Positions 47,923-61,017 of a stretch of 64,000 nucleotides of DNA are shown here, one piece after another. The notes under the pieces are model-generated. The model saw nothing but the letters and a program-made list of their open reading frames with translations, searched no databases and was not told where the DNA came from. Made by a program: the position numbers and the translations under genes. Each line of letters begins with the position of its first letter. The first letter of the stretch is position 1. This DNA comes from Leucoraja ocellata (taxonomy: Eukaryota): NCBI GenBank assembly GCA_036785375.1, contig JAWMAR010000243.1, forward strand, positions 1 through 64,000, written 5' to 3'.

Positions 47923-48344
47923 CTTGTATGCCTTTGAACAGTCTTTATTGAAAGTTGTGAGGAGCTTGTGAAATTCTTGATTTTAGTTTATAATCTGCAA
48001 GTTGGGCATTTCAGGCGCAATAATCATTTCCAGGTATCCGCCCCACATAATAAGCAGTGAGTGGCAATTTGTTCTTGCTACAGGTAAAAGATTAAGGCCA
48101 TGACATGCCTTGAGCCATGCAGCATCCCGTTTATTGCATCTCCATCTGCCTAAAGACTAAACATGCATGAACTCTTTCACAAGTGAACAAGACTTGTCTG
48201 CCACTTGAATATTGGCCAAATTTTACCAACTCGTTAACACTTTGTACTCATTGTACTAACAAAAAGATTGATGAGACAGTGCAACCTGTAACCAGTTTAG
48301 ATTTGCGAGTATAATTGGAGTATGACAAGGCAATGTTCTTATCA

Positions 48345-48985
48345 TGACTATTGAGGGATGGTCGTCGAACCAGGAGAATTGACCCAGTACTGGTCAAGCT
48401 GCAGCTTAACATAGCCAATGTCCCAGACTCTTCCATCCTAAACCCTGAATACATCCCATTCCACAGGCAGGGCAGACCCAGCCGCTGTGACAACTGTTGT
48501 ATGCAGGCAGAAGGAAGCAGTCCTGGCAATTTTTGTCATTGACTCCAGACCCAATGTGACATGGGTCAAGATAGCTGATTTACAACCATCATCCAAGGAA
48601 GCAGTAATCCCACTACATAACAGTGAAGCATTGAGATCAGGGAGGGCATAAACTGTAGACTGGGATTCAATGCCCAACAATAGTTGCACTGCTGAACATT
48701 AGCCATCTGACTATGATGTGTTGACTGAACCAAAAGGGAATATCTTTAACCAATGTTGTGCACTGTTCTTGATTGTATTATTCAGAGTCACCATTACAAA
48801 TCCTTGTAGAGCATGCTGAGGACATGGTCCAATGTGTTCTGTGACCTCACCCTGCACTGGGTATATGTTCAGGACTGATCTGGCAGCACAAAAGGCAGTG
48901 TACATGTGTGGCTGTGGGTCATCAAGTGCAGCGGAATTATGCTCCAACATGATCTGTAACCTCATGGCCCAAAATGTTCTGGAAC
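48345..48985 (+). mobile_element. Degenerate L2/CR1-group LINE endonuclease region
   Basis: ORF fragments ANVPDSSILNPEY..HRQGRPSR (like IPGY..HRQDRP.RGGG) and RTDLAAQ...G.SSAAELCSNMICNLMA. Confidence 0.45.
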
Positions 48986-50431
48986 ACCCCTCATCCTTAT
49001 ATCTTTGTTTTAAAAATATGATGGAGTGATTTAAACATTGATGAGTTATTTGCACTGGGGAGGGCAGCTATTTTTTTTCTTTGACTTTTCAGCCTCAAGT
49101 TAATTCTGCACCTACTCTTTTCTTTCATTGCTATGTCTCCATGTTGCCTGCTGAGAATATGCTGGCTGAACTGACGATTATTCTTGAGCGGGATGGATAG
49201 ATTTCAGGAAGCATTTGATTTGTGCCATATTATTTTGTGACTAACCAGTTATCTGAAATGGTTCATTATTTTCAGAGAGGCATGTGATTTTGGCAGGAAT
49301 ACTGTCCATATCATCACTCTTTCCTAGGATTAGTGGTGAGGTTTCCCCTTCCTCCCATTAAAGCTTTGTATAAACACAACATTCTGCAGCGTTTATCTCA
49401 ATCTGGTGAAATAGATCTTTTTATTTACTATCTTCTTGGTCTGATGCCAACTCAATATGGTGACTTCATCACCCCCATTGTACTTGAAAGCCTGAACGAG
49501 GAGGGTGCAGGTATGATTGGCAAGGAAACTCCATAATTAAGAATTATAGTTATAAAGAGAAATTTCAGATGGAGGTTTCATTTCTATATAACAAAGGGGA
49601 CTGAGGGTGATGTAATTAAGATGTATACAATGATGGATGGCTTAGGCAGGGTAAACACAAATGATGTACATCTCATAGTAGATGACAATAACAACGAACC
49701 ATAAACTTAAGCTGATTAGTAGAAAACATTCTAGGGAAGTGTAAGAACATTTTCTTCACTGAATGAGGAGCAGCTATGAATGGATGTGAGAGACAGATCC
49801 AAATAATAATATATAATCTGACAGGATTTGGGAAGTGGGGTTAGCTCTGTTATTTATGGGTCTGCGTGGACGTTATTGGTTCTGTTTCATTGTTTCCTAC
49901 TGAAAACATACATTAATCCAATGCTGTTGTACAGCATAGATGAAGAAATAATAACTCCCATGGCTGATGTGTCTAAAACGAGGGGTCACTGTCTTCAATT
50001 TGGGGTTAGCCATTCAGGACTGATAAGATACAATTTCATCAGCCAGCCTCATGATAGTGAATCTTTGAAATTGTCCAAGAAGACCTGGAGGCTCAGTCGC
50101 TAAGTGTAAGGAAGTTTTGAGATTAATATACGTTGTGTTATGTGTTTGACTTTGAGTTTAGTTTATTGTCAGGTGAACGGAAGCACAGTGAAACGTTTTT
50201 GTTGCGTGTTAACCCGTCAGCAGAAAGACAATATATTGATTATAATTAAGCTATGATAAAGGGAATAACGTGTGCGTTTTCACACTTCTATACGTTTTGC
50301 CCGATGGGAGGAAGGATGGCCAGGGTGCGACTTGTCCAGGAATATGCTGGTGGCCTAATCACGAACTGCTGCTGACACTCATGCATACTCCACAGAGATT
50401 CACATACACCCATCTTTAAACTCGTTGGTTA

Positions 50432-50639
50432 TGCCCCATGTCCTACTTAGGAAAACCTGAACGGAAACCTCTGGGAACTTTGTGCCCCACCCAAGGTTTC
50501 CGTGCAGTTCCCGGAGGTTTTTGTCAGTCTCCCTACCTGCTTCCACTACCTACGACCTCCGGCAACCACCTGCAACCTCCGGGTGGATCGCAAAGTCTCC
50601 AGAGGTTACTGCTCATGTTTCCTAAGTGGGACAGGGATA
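50432..50639. mobile_element. PIF/Harbinger-type MITE, older copy
   Basis: TIRs tgcccc.tgtcc.acttaggaaa / tttcctaagtgggacaggg; TTA at 50429-50431 and 50640-50642. Confidence 0.8.
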
Positions 50640-52079
50640 TTACACGTCCATGTCCGCAGCTATACATCTGATACTAAACATATTCTCCAACACTGAATCT
50701 AAAGTGAACGCCGCAGCCCCTTCCGTATCCGGAGAATGAAAGCAAAGTCCACGAAGAGACCAGTCTGAACGGCCCTGACTGCCTCGCTGAGTTATTCCAG
50801 CGCCTTGCGTTTTGCTCAATGTTGCAGCATCTGCAGTTCCTTGCGTCTCCAAGTATCGGATGTCAGCCGACCAGAGCCCGCTGTCCCCCGGAGCCACCCA
50901 CGCCTTTAGCCCTTGGCCATCTCTTCACCACAGTGAAATACAGACCCGCAAAGATTACGTAGTTGAATTATTCTATCGGCTCCTTGTCCAATGTTGGGAA
51001 CAAGTGTAATGCGCGCAAATAACATAAGCCTGAGTCCAGATCACAACACCGACTGGAAAAGGTGCAAAATCCACGTATTGTGTCTAAACTAAAGAGAATT
51101 TTGATTTATCCCAAATTTTATCGATTCAAATTATAAATTGCTATCGGTATCATACAATTGAAAATAGCTATACATTTAAGAGGCTTCTGGATAGATACAT
51201 GGATATGGAGGGGTATGGAACACGTGCAGGGAGATTAATTTACTTAAAGGTTAGATAGACACAAAATGTTGGTGTAACTCAGCAGGGCAGGTAGCATCTC
51301 TGGAGAGACGTTTCAGGTCAAGATCCTTCTAACTTGCATTATGCATGGCTTGGACATTGTGGGCTGAAGGGGATGTTCCTGTGCTGCACTGTTTTATGCC
51401 CCATGTCTAGTTTACAAGTCACCTTGTTCGACGGAAATGAAGAACAACCTATGTTCGAACCACATGTGGCCTGGCCCGCTGAGTTACTCCAACACTTTGT
51501 GTTCTACGCCTTTTTGTTCCATTTCCATTGTCTATTGTGTGAGGGAGCTAAATATATGTGTCTGAAAGCGTTTTAGGACATCAATATTCCATATCTACCA
51601 CCATCTAAAGAGCCGTATAATAGTACTTTCCAGTAAGATTTCTATCGCCATCCACCCCTCTTTCACTGACTGCTTGCTAGCCTGTAGTTCCAGGGTCCTT
51701 TCGCTGCTGGACATTGAGGGGCAGAGTCCAGTGGCGACTCCCCTCAAACAAGGGAAGGGATATTTTATTTTGTTTATACGTTGCATTTTGAAATTAAAAA
51801 GTAGCATTGATGGCCTTTGCTCTTTTTCTTGCATTATTTCTGTCCAGAGTCGAACGAGTCGGCTTTATTTAGCAGCTGCTTCTCAAATACCTGGAAGAAG
51901 CTCAAAATATCCGCCTACGGATTCGCTAAACATCCGCGATGATTCTGATCCCCACTACCTGCAGATAGTGTCGGGGCCAGAGTCATTTAATCTGTCCTGC
52001 CGCTCGACTCACAACTGGCTGGTCGGGTAATTGGCATATCCCCCGGTATCTCAATGTTGGGGTTAGGTGTTCGGTTTCG

Positions 52080-52165
52080 TTTAGTTTAGTTTAGTTTAGA
52101 GATATAGCGCAGAAACAGGCCCTTCGGCCCACCGAGTCCACACCAACCAGCGATCCCAGCTTACT
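52080..52165 (-). mobile_element. CR1-type or SINE 3' tail with (gttta)n
   Basis: gtttagtttagtttagtttagagatatagcgcagaaacaggcccttcggccc. Confidence 0.6.
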
Positions 52166-52979
52166 AATACATTTGCAGATCTGTATGCATAATTTAAGAA
52201 CGTTTTGGAAACTCGTCGCCAGGGGCTATGCAAATGGCGAGTCTAATGGCTGGATAGATGAACTGGTCCCGTCACCATCTGCATAGAGGACACGATGGAT
52301 ATAATCTCGAGTTCATGTAGCAAATACTTTCTTGGATTCTGCAAGCTTTCCCCTTCCAAAAGCATTTTTGATTTTCAGTGGTTTGGTTAAGGCTATTTTA
52401 ACGTAAACCGCTATGATTGTTCTAAATTAAATAAGTGAAAAATATTCAGGGTAAGTGAAGCGTGTGAAGTACTGGCCAGGCCTGCTCTCCCCATACGTCG
52501 GGCAGTGGGAAATAGCCGGAGGACCTCAGCGGGTCAGGCAGCATCTGAAGAGGGAATGGACAGACGACGTTTCCGGTTGGAACCTTTCGTCAGACTGACC
52601 CACTGAGTTCCTCCAGCACTTTGTTTTTTGCTCAATACTCCAGCATCTGCAGTTTCTTGTGTCTCCTCCAGAAGATAGTTTTTTTTTCCACCGTATTTTC
52701 AACGCATTTCGTCACCACTCGCGCCTGCTGTACATTTGTCGACAACCTAAGGTGTGTGTTTTTTTTGTAGCGGTGGGTTTTAAATTATTATTAATGTTAG
52801 CTCAAAACCTAGCTTGCGTCGAATGGAATTTTAAGGAGTCCTGCATTAATAATTGAGGAAACTTTACGATCTATTTCCATGCTCGCATTGAAATGAATGA
52901 CATGGTCGCGATAAATGGATCCGTTCCTCTGCTGTCTTTGTGAATTAAAACAACAACATCAAGCTGGGAAGTTTAACGC

Positions 52980-53605
52980 TGCCTGGTCTGATATCCGAGG
53001 ACATTGTGGGAAACTAGAGAGGAAATTGCAGAAGTCCAGGTTGAAATTTGCGAGTGGTCCTTAAATAGCGGAGAGGTGCTGGAAGACTGGAGGGTGGCAA
53101 ATGTACTCCTTTTCAAGAAGGGCGGCAAGGACAATGTTGGGAACTACAGGCCAGTGAGGTTAACATCTGTAGTTGGAAAGTTACTAGAGAGTATTCTGGG
53201 GGGTAGATACATGCATTTGGATGGGCAAGGACTGATTAGGGATAGTCAGCATGGTTTTGTACGTGGGAGGTCGTGACTCACAAATCTGACAGTTTTTGTT
53301 TGAAGACCAAAAAGGTTGATAAAAGCAGAGCTGTAGATGTTGTGTACATGGACTTCAGTAAGGTGTTCTACAAGGTTCTGCATGGTAGGCTGCTCTGGAA
53401 GGTTAGATCGCATTTGATCCAAGGAGAGATAGCTGAATGGATAGTAAATTGGCTCCATGGAAGGAAGCAGAAGGTAATGGTGGAATGGTGCTTCTTAGAC
53501 TGGATGCCTGTGACTAGGGTGTGCCTCAGGGTTCGGTGCTGGGCCCGTTACTGTTTGTCATCTACATCAATTATGTGGATGAGAACATACAGGGAAAGAT
53601 TAGCA
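52980..53605 (+). mobile_element. CR1 RT internal fragment
   Basis: ORFs 53004 and 53273: EDWRVANV.LFKKG.K...GNYRPV.LTSVVGKLLE...SQHGF..GRS / AVDVVYMDFSK. Confidence 0.9.
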
Positions 53606-53904
53606 ATTTTTGGGTGGAATATTGCGGGGATAACGACGTTTAGAGCTACATTGCTTTGATAATCTGCTGGGATAACTCGCATTGACGTCGGCATAGAAAC
53701 AAGGAACATGAGATACTAGATTACAGGTTAACAGTGCTTCACTTTATGGCATGTGAGGCTGGAGCTGCAGGTGTTGGCCTGACTTCACAGCTCCTTAAAC
53801 ACATCGCTCTAGTGTGCGAAGCCACACATTTGTTGTCATACCTGTACCACGGTCCCGACAACGTTTAAACCCAATTGCCTTTCAATATATTTAATTTGCA
53901 AATT

Positions 53905-54445
53905 AGTATTGTGTGCAGTTTTGGTCCGCGAATTTGAGGAAGGACATTATTGCTATTGAGGGAGTGCAGCGTAGGTTTACAAGGTTAATTCCCAGGATGG
54001 CGGGACTGTCATATGCTGAGAGAATGGAGGGGCTGGGCTTGTACACTCTGGTGTTTAGAAGGATGAGAGGATTGAAACATATAAGATTATTAAGGGTTTG
54101 GACACGAGAGGCAGGAAACATGTTCCCGATGTTGGGGGAGTCCAGAACCAGGGGCCACTGTGTAAGAATAAGGGGTAAGCCATTTAAAACGGAGATGAGA
54201 AAACACTTTTTTACACAGAGAGTTGTGAGTCTGTGGAATTCTCTGCCTCAGAGGGCGGTGGAGGCAGGTTCTCTAGATAATTTCAAGAGAGAGCTAGATA
54301 GGGCTCTTAAAGATAGCGGAGTCAGGAGGTATGGGGAGAAGGCAGGAACAGGGTACTGATTGGGGATGATCAGCCATGATCACATTGAATGGCGGTGCTG
54401 GCTCGAAGGGCCGAATGGCCTACTCCTGCACCTATTGTCTATTGT
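53905..54445 (+). mobile_element. Young CR1 3' end, same subfamily as 22655-23342
   Basis: ORF 53913..54359; 3' UTR nearly identical to 23254-23340; tail ctattgtctattgt. Confidence 0.92.
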
Positions 54446-55279
54446 TACTGGTTACCTTAATGTCAAATGTATTAATGTTTCTATGAAAGGAAGTTAAATG
54501 GTTGACCACATAACAGGACTGGCTGGCCTTCACTGACACTCTCGCAATAAACAGATGGTCCCTCGAATATATGTCGCTTGGTTCAGTAGTAACACCCTCG
54601 CCCCACCCCCCTCACAAATGTATGGAAAGACTATATTTAAAGTGAGGGGATTTTTGCATCGCTTTAAAAGCATGTTTGCACTTCGCATTTAAACGAAAAA
54701 TGGCCAATATTTTAAGAATACTTGCCATTTAAATATGTCGATGGCAGTAGGAAGATAGAAATATAAGACAGAGGAATTGATAATTCTGGGCTCCGGCCTC
54801 TTCCCCCTCACAACCTGTTTGTCTACCTTTAACTATAGATTTGATGATGTGTCTAACGAGCATTATTTCAGCGTCCATCCTACAGGGGAACAAAAACTAA
54901 CAACAAACAAGTGATGACACAATGTGCTGAAGTAACTCAGCGAGTTGGGCAGCATTGGTGGACACGTGACGCTTCGGGTCGCGACCCTTTTTGAGATTGA
55001 TTGCCTGAATAAGGCGGAGACTGTAACAGGGTGTACCAACGAACGCCATTTGTTTCAACTGAACCAGCATCTGAAACCCGAGGGCACTTAGTTAGTCTAT
55101 GTACATACACAGTGCGAACACATTCATGTCCCAACATAACATTTGTCGTGGTCAGGTTGCTTACCGTCCCCTTCAGAGAAAAGTGTCGAACACTATTAAT
55201 CCCCCCCACCCAGCTACTGATCGACCAGCTGAGTATTTGATGAACTCTGGTCTTTAGTTCCAATGTGCATTTGTCTTTA

Positions 55280-55501
55280 TGCCCCTGTCCCACTTAGGAA
55301 ACCTGAACGGAAACCTCTGGAGACTTTGTGCCCCACCCAAGGTTTCCGTGCGGTTCCCGGAGGTTTTTGTCAGTCTCCCTACCTGCTTCCACTACCTGCA
55401 ACCTCCGGCATCCACCTGCAACCTCCGGGAACCGCACGGAAACCTTGGGTGGGGCACAAAGTCTCCAGAGGTTTCCGTTCAGGTTTCCTAAGTGGGACAG
55501 G
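55280..55501. mobile_element. PIF/Harbinger-type MITE with perfect 82-bp inverted arms
   Basis: 55284-55365 is the exact reverse complement of 55420-55501; TTA at 55277-55279 and 55502-55504. Confidence 0.88.
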
Positions 55502-55932
55502 TTACAATTCTTGCTCGTCATACACTTGTCTAAAATCCATTTGAAAGTTAACACTTATTTTGGAATTTTATTTTAATCGCTACATTAAAATGACAACAGA
55601 CTCTACATTCGTCCCACAGTTTAAGAACTAGAAACTTTATTCTAAAAATAAATTCAACCCAATTCTCGAGGCTGGCGCCCATTTATCATTTTTCAAATAT
55701 ACGATTCTGTTAAGCGCACCGAGCCATCTTCTCAGTTGCCGGTACTTTATAAACTCCCGTTATTGCTCTTGAATAATCAAAAATGTTTTGTAAAGAAAAG
55801 ACAATTTTATCTCTACCTTAGAATTTCCCTGCGAAAACAGGTGTTTAAACCATTGTTTGATTGAAGCGGGTCAAATATATTTGCGAGCTGTGTTAAATAT
55901 TGTCATCTCCGCGTCTGTGCATTTATGTGTAT

Positions 55933-56025
55933 AAGAAGGAACTGCAGATGCTGGAAAATCGAAGGTACACAAAAATGCTGGAGAAACTCAGCGGGTGGGT
56001 AGTTTCTCCAGCATTTTTGTGAACC
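55933..56025. mobile_element. Fold-back PLE-terminus mini-element with TSD
   Basis: gtg(c/t)atttatgtgtat at 55917-55932 and 56026-56041. Confidence 0.75.
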
Positions 56026-57551
56026 GTGTATTTATGTGTATCTCGGTATATGTTTCTATGTACTATTTTTGTGTATAAATATCACAAATTGCTAGAGTAA
56101 CTCAGCACTTTGTGTTTGCTCAAGATTCCAGCGGTATCTTGTACCTCAGTGTAAATATCTGTACCCCTTCAGTGCCGCGAGGAGAGAGTTATTACACGGA
56201 TGCAGATACCAATATCCAAGGATAAAATGTGAATTATATGTCTTTAATAATCAAGTCTTCAACCTATCGTTGAGGAGGATAATTTCATGAGTGGGACGGC
56301 ATAGTGTTGGAATAAAGACAACGCGAAAGGAGGCTGTCTCTCTGCACCGTCCCATTGTGTAAAAAACACATCGACACGTGCCTGGCTATGTATTTGGCGA
56401 CACGGGTGAACACACCAGTCACTGCGACCCCCCTTCCTGTCAGCCCGAGGAGAGGACAATTTGCAGCGGCATTTGTTATGCTAAAGAGTGAACCTCCCAG
56501 AGGCGATTTGCGGGGTCAGCTGATCATAGGAATCCACTATTCGTTCTCGCACAGACACCAGTAGCTTCGGCTGCGACTCGCTGCCGCGGTTACCCAGGAG
56601 GGATTATACACTCGAACCCGCCACTTCTCCCAGTCATACACTTAAGACATTATTTATGAAGAAAATTTCCGTCGAAACTCGAAATAAAATGCTGCTGGAG
56701 CACCCTGGACCCACAAGCTGCACGAAATCCACAGATCGCCCACGTTTAAACGGCAGTGCAGGTAAGCGATATTACAAATTGCTATCTCAGCTTGAATTTA
56801 ATGATATTAAAATGTGCATTTCAGACAGCGGCTAAATTACACGGCTCCCTCTGTGAAATTAACAAAAAAAAGAGAACAGGGTCCTCCTTGCCACCTTCAC
56901 ATAAACCCGCGCACCCCTTTCTCAAGACGACAAATAATTCGGCGGTTGCTTGGTTTGAGCCGCCGGCTCCAACTGCCCTGGGCTAAAACAACAAAACACG
57001 CCCCGATATTTCAGTCAAAAGTTTAAGATATTCAAAACAAGGTGAACAAGGAAGCATTTTAAATGCGTTTGCAACAGTTTGACAGTCTTGCATGCAACGT
57101 CCGAATCCCATTATGATTTAACAAGCCAATATTAAAACCTTCTGCTGTCCCAGTTAATACTTATAATGAATGTGTAACGAATAATGTAACGTGAGAGGCT
57201 ATTTAATATGCTGCACATTTTGTACGAATCAACACTCGGGCTGTTTTCGAACGACATTCTTAAGGTCTTGAAGCAATGAGTGGATTGTATTAACCATTTT
57301 ATTTTTGAAAGATAAATTGTAACTTTAACCACCCTCTGCTCGCTGGCAAGCGGTACACGTTATGAATATGCAATGAGGCTCATTGTTAGGAAATTCTATC
57401 AACAGATGTAGAGCGCGTGTCTGGTCTGGCCTGTCAATACTGGGGCATCATTCATTGTTCGCCGTTGGGAGAGACAGCGTATTATCAGAGTAGTATTATT
57501 CTGTAACCTCGAACAGCACGCCTCACCAGTTTCGTGCCACCCCATCACCGC

Positions 57552-57590
57552 CCTCCTCCTCCTCCTCCTCCTCCTCCTCCTCCTCCTCCT
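57552..57590. repeat. (CCT)n microsatellite
   Basis: Uninterrupted cct run. Confidence 0.95.
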
Positions 57591-57894
57591 CACTCCAACC
57601 CCACTGCTTCTACCCCGAAACCCATGGGTGTGAATGGAGTTGAAGTGAGTGTATCCCAGCCCCTGTCAGGTGAGGTTTCGATGCCACAGATATCTGCTGG
57701 TGTGCAGAGTTTCCACAGACGCTACAGCCCGTCCCATTCAATTATAACCCGCATGTGTTGCGCGTGTGTGGGAGGAGTGGGTCGGCTGGGAATGGGCGTG
57801 AGGTGTAATTAGGACTTTAGAGCGTGTTCCCAAATTCTCTCCTGACTTGTCCCAGTGAAGACCCGAGGGGGAGGCCCGTGTCCGGGAATATGAT

Positions 57895-58071
57895 GTTTAA
57901 GAAGGAACTGCAGATGCTGGAAAATCGAAGGTAGACAAAAGTGCTGGAGAAACTCAGCGGGTGAGGCAGTATCTATGGAGCGAAGGAAATAGGCAACGTT
58001 CCGTTGCCTATTTCCTTCGCTCCATAGATGCTGCCTCACCCGCTGAGTTTCTCCAGCACTTTTGTCTACCA
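57895..58071. mobile_element. Near-perfect fold-back PLE-terminus mini-element with 13-bp TSD
   Basis: ccgggaatatgat at 57882-57894 and 58072-58084; the arms ggtagacaaaagtgctgg...ggcaacg / cgttgcc...tttgtctacc pair almost perfectly. Confidence 0.85.
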
Positions 58072-59418
58072 CCGGGAATATGATTTTTTTTGTGTTGGTA
58101 GTGGGTGGCAGCGGTCATTGGTGTCCAATGTGGAACTCAAGTTGAGGAGAAATAAAATAGGGTCGTTTTCAGAAATTGCTCGATCGGCAATTATACCCTA
58201 TCCGCAGGCAGACGGTATCGTCTGCACCGCCTTCGCCCTGTTTAATCGCACGGTTCCCAACATTATGTAAACGTTTTTTATAGGTAACCCAGACCACCGA
58301 AATTTAAAAAAAAAATTGAGTCTGTAACTTCTCTCCCGGTCCCTTACAGCCTTTATTTTTACATTGCGTCTCCTTCACCTTTCCCCTCGCTGCAGTATTA
58401 TTTATTTAGGAGGAAGTTTTCGCTGGTATTCTGAGACACTAAGGAACTGCAGATGCCTGTTTACAAAATAGAAACACACACAAAGTGCTGGAATAACTAA
58501 CAGAGCAGAACAGGCAGCATCTGAGGAGGACATGGATAGGCGACGTTTTGAATCTGAGGAAGGGTCGTGTCCAAAAACGTGGCCGATCCATGTCTCGACC
58601 GACCGAGTTACTCCAGCACTCTGAGCATAGAACATAGATCAGGAATAGGCCCTTCAGCCCATGATGTCAATTTAGATTGCTTGATATTTAGTCATTTGCA
58701 CAACCAGTAGAATATGTGGTGTGTATATGGGTGAGAATTACAGAACGATACTGTGACGATTCTTACACTTAGCAGTCCAAACCAACGTTTAAAACGGCGG
58801 TACGCAAAAATGCTGGAGAAACTCAGCGGGTGCAGCAGCATCTATGGAGCGAAGGGAATAGGCAACGTTTCGGGCCCTTCTTCAGACTGATTATTCTTGG
58901 TGAGATTCAAACTGTACCGAGGGAACAATATACTCTCGTTATCATGAAAAAATAATTTCATCCTTTCACTGGTCAGATTTTCGTGCTTCTGATTTGGGCG
59001 ATTTGAAATTATATCCAATGTTATAACTTTAAAAAAAATCAAGTGCGAGTTTTGATGCGTTCTGTACCCAGGATAAGATGCAACAATCTTGTCTGTGAAA
59101 TGGCCCATTCTGGAATTTGGAATTTGTCTCGGCTCCAAACGAGTTACCCGGGGTTCAAAGTCAGACGGTAAACGAACCGAGCCGTTTGTCCTGTTAGAAC
59201 ACGAAGATAAAGGCAGAACATGCTGGAGATTTTCAGCAGTTCGGGCAGCAACCGGAGAAAAGTTGGTGTTGTAGCCGGTGACATTCCGTTAAGGGGTTTG
59301 ACGATATTCTCCCCATGGATGCTGACTGGGGTTTTTTTGTGGAATTTGTTTTATTTTTCGATTTTCATTACCTGTAGTTTTATTTTTGCTTTATCCTCCC
59401 ATTATCTTTATAGCACTG

Positions 59419-59740
59419 NNNNNNNNNNNNNNNNNNNNNNNNNNNNNNNNNNNNNNNNNNNNNNNNNNNNNNNNNNNNNNNNNNNNNNNNNNNNNNNNNN
59501 NNNNNNNNNNNNNNNNNNNNNNNNNNNNNNNNNNNNNNNNNNNNNNNNNNNNNNNNNNNNNNNNNNNNNNNNNNNNNNNNNNNNNNNNNNNNNNNNNNNN
59601 NNNNNNNNNNNNNNNNNNNNNNNNNNNNNNNNNNNNNNNNNNNNNNNNNNNNNNNNNNNNNNNNNNNNNNNNNNNNNNNNNNNNNNNNNNNNNNNNNNNN
59701 NNNNNNNNNNNNNNNNNNNNNNNNNNNNNNNNNNNNNNNN
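59419..59740. other. Assembly gap (322 N)
   Basis: Run of n. Confidence 1.
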
Positions 59741-60599
59741 ACCTCTAGACTTCCTAAACACTCACCGACCAACTTTACGCGTCCTTCTCTTCCACTCCAC
59801 CCCTTCATGGTTGAACCCCGGCGGATCGGGGTTATGCCTCGTTCAAGACATTACTCTCACGCCAAGTTTTATCCCCATCGCCACCACCCCTTTATGCCAG
59901 CGATCAATAGGGCGTAAAAATATTTATTGGAGCGTTACAAAGTTAGAAATAATCATTGCAGCTCGGCACACCTTTCACCAAAGTGTGTTTGATATACTCC
60001 AAGAAGCCAAACAAATGGGCCATTGATTTTGAATTCATCAGAAGATACATCAGTAGCGCTGCATTTGATTTCCCAAGGCTCCGCTCGGCTTTAAAGATCA
60101 GTGTCAATAAAATTTATCAGGGGGTTACTTAAGATTTTATTGAGCGCCGGCAACTTCGAATGTAAACATTGAGGGGTTTTTTTTAACACGTTTTACTTTT
60201 ACAAAATACAACCGCATTTTATATTTTTTTCTGAATAAAGCCCGTGTTTTTTTTTTGTTGATGAAAACATTGTGGCTTTAACGACGGGGAGTCTGGGGTG
60301 AATTTCTGCCAAACCTGGAGGTTTCTGAAGGAAGCGCCACTGTGTTATCGGTCAAAAACTGCGGGCAGCTTTTGAGGCCGGGTCTCTGAGTGGAGTCTTT
60401 AGTCCGACCATGTATGTGTTGTTCAGAAGGATAACATGACACGGGGGACAATAGGTGGGTGAGTACAGAACACCAACGAGGTGCGGAATGGAATTGAAGC
60501 TTTGCTGTTACTTTGCCACACAGGTGACTCTTCTCCTTCCCCTCCATCCGAGTGTCCTTCGTCATTAGTTTGTTATTTGATCGATATATTTAACTGACG

Positions 60600-60878
60600 C
60601 AGTTACCTCAAACATATCTTCCAGTTCTTGCCATAAGCTAAAGTACTGTCCGATTCACCTCTACCCCAATACGGACATTGGACTTAGTCTGTGGAAATGA
60701 TACGCTACAATGAATGCTGAAAATAATATTCTGCATTCTGTACCTTGCACCTTTTGCACTTCAGTTTAACTTGGACGTATGTATCTAAATAGTATTATCT
60801 GGTTTGATTTGGATAGCATGCAAAACAAAGCTTTTCACGGTACCTCGGTACACAAGGCAACAATAAACCTCAACCTAG
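60600..60878 (+). mobile_element. Rex/Babar-type LINE 3' UTR (similar tails near 3830-3960, 10345-10420, 15920-15990, 50150-50345)
   Basis: ggatagcatgcaaaacaaagcttttcac.gtacctcggtacac...caataaacct, shared with 3890-3958. Confidence 0.6.
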
Positions 60879-61017
60879 CCGCATGTAGCGTGAGTTATGC
60901 AAAGATGACACTGACATCTTGTCTGACGCGTAGATAAGGCAGATCGTGCATGTATCACACCAGTGCTATAAAAGGTAGAATGATTGCATAATTGTCCAAA
61001 CACATCAAGCTATCAGT

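Noticed and set aside
52980-54445. A single near-complete CR1 ORF2
   Set aside because: The two parts are separated by about 300 bp of unrelated DNA, differ in decay, and the first is frameshifted; treated as two fragments.
57399-57812. Poly-Arg and poly-Pro ORFs
   Set aside because: Translations of the (CCT)n microsatellite.
59220-60026. Long ORFs (268, 142, 120 and 117 aa) in the ORF track
   Set aside because: They are long only because they read through the 322-N gap.
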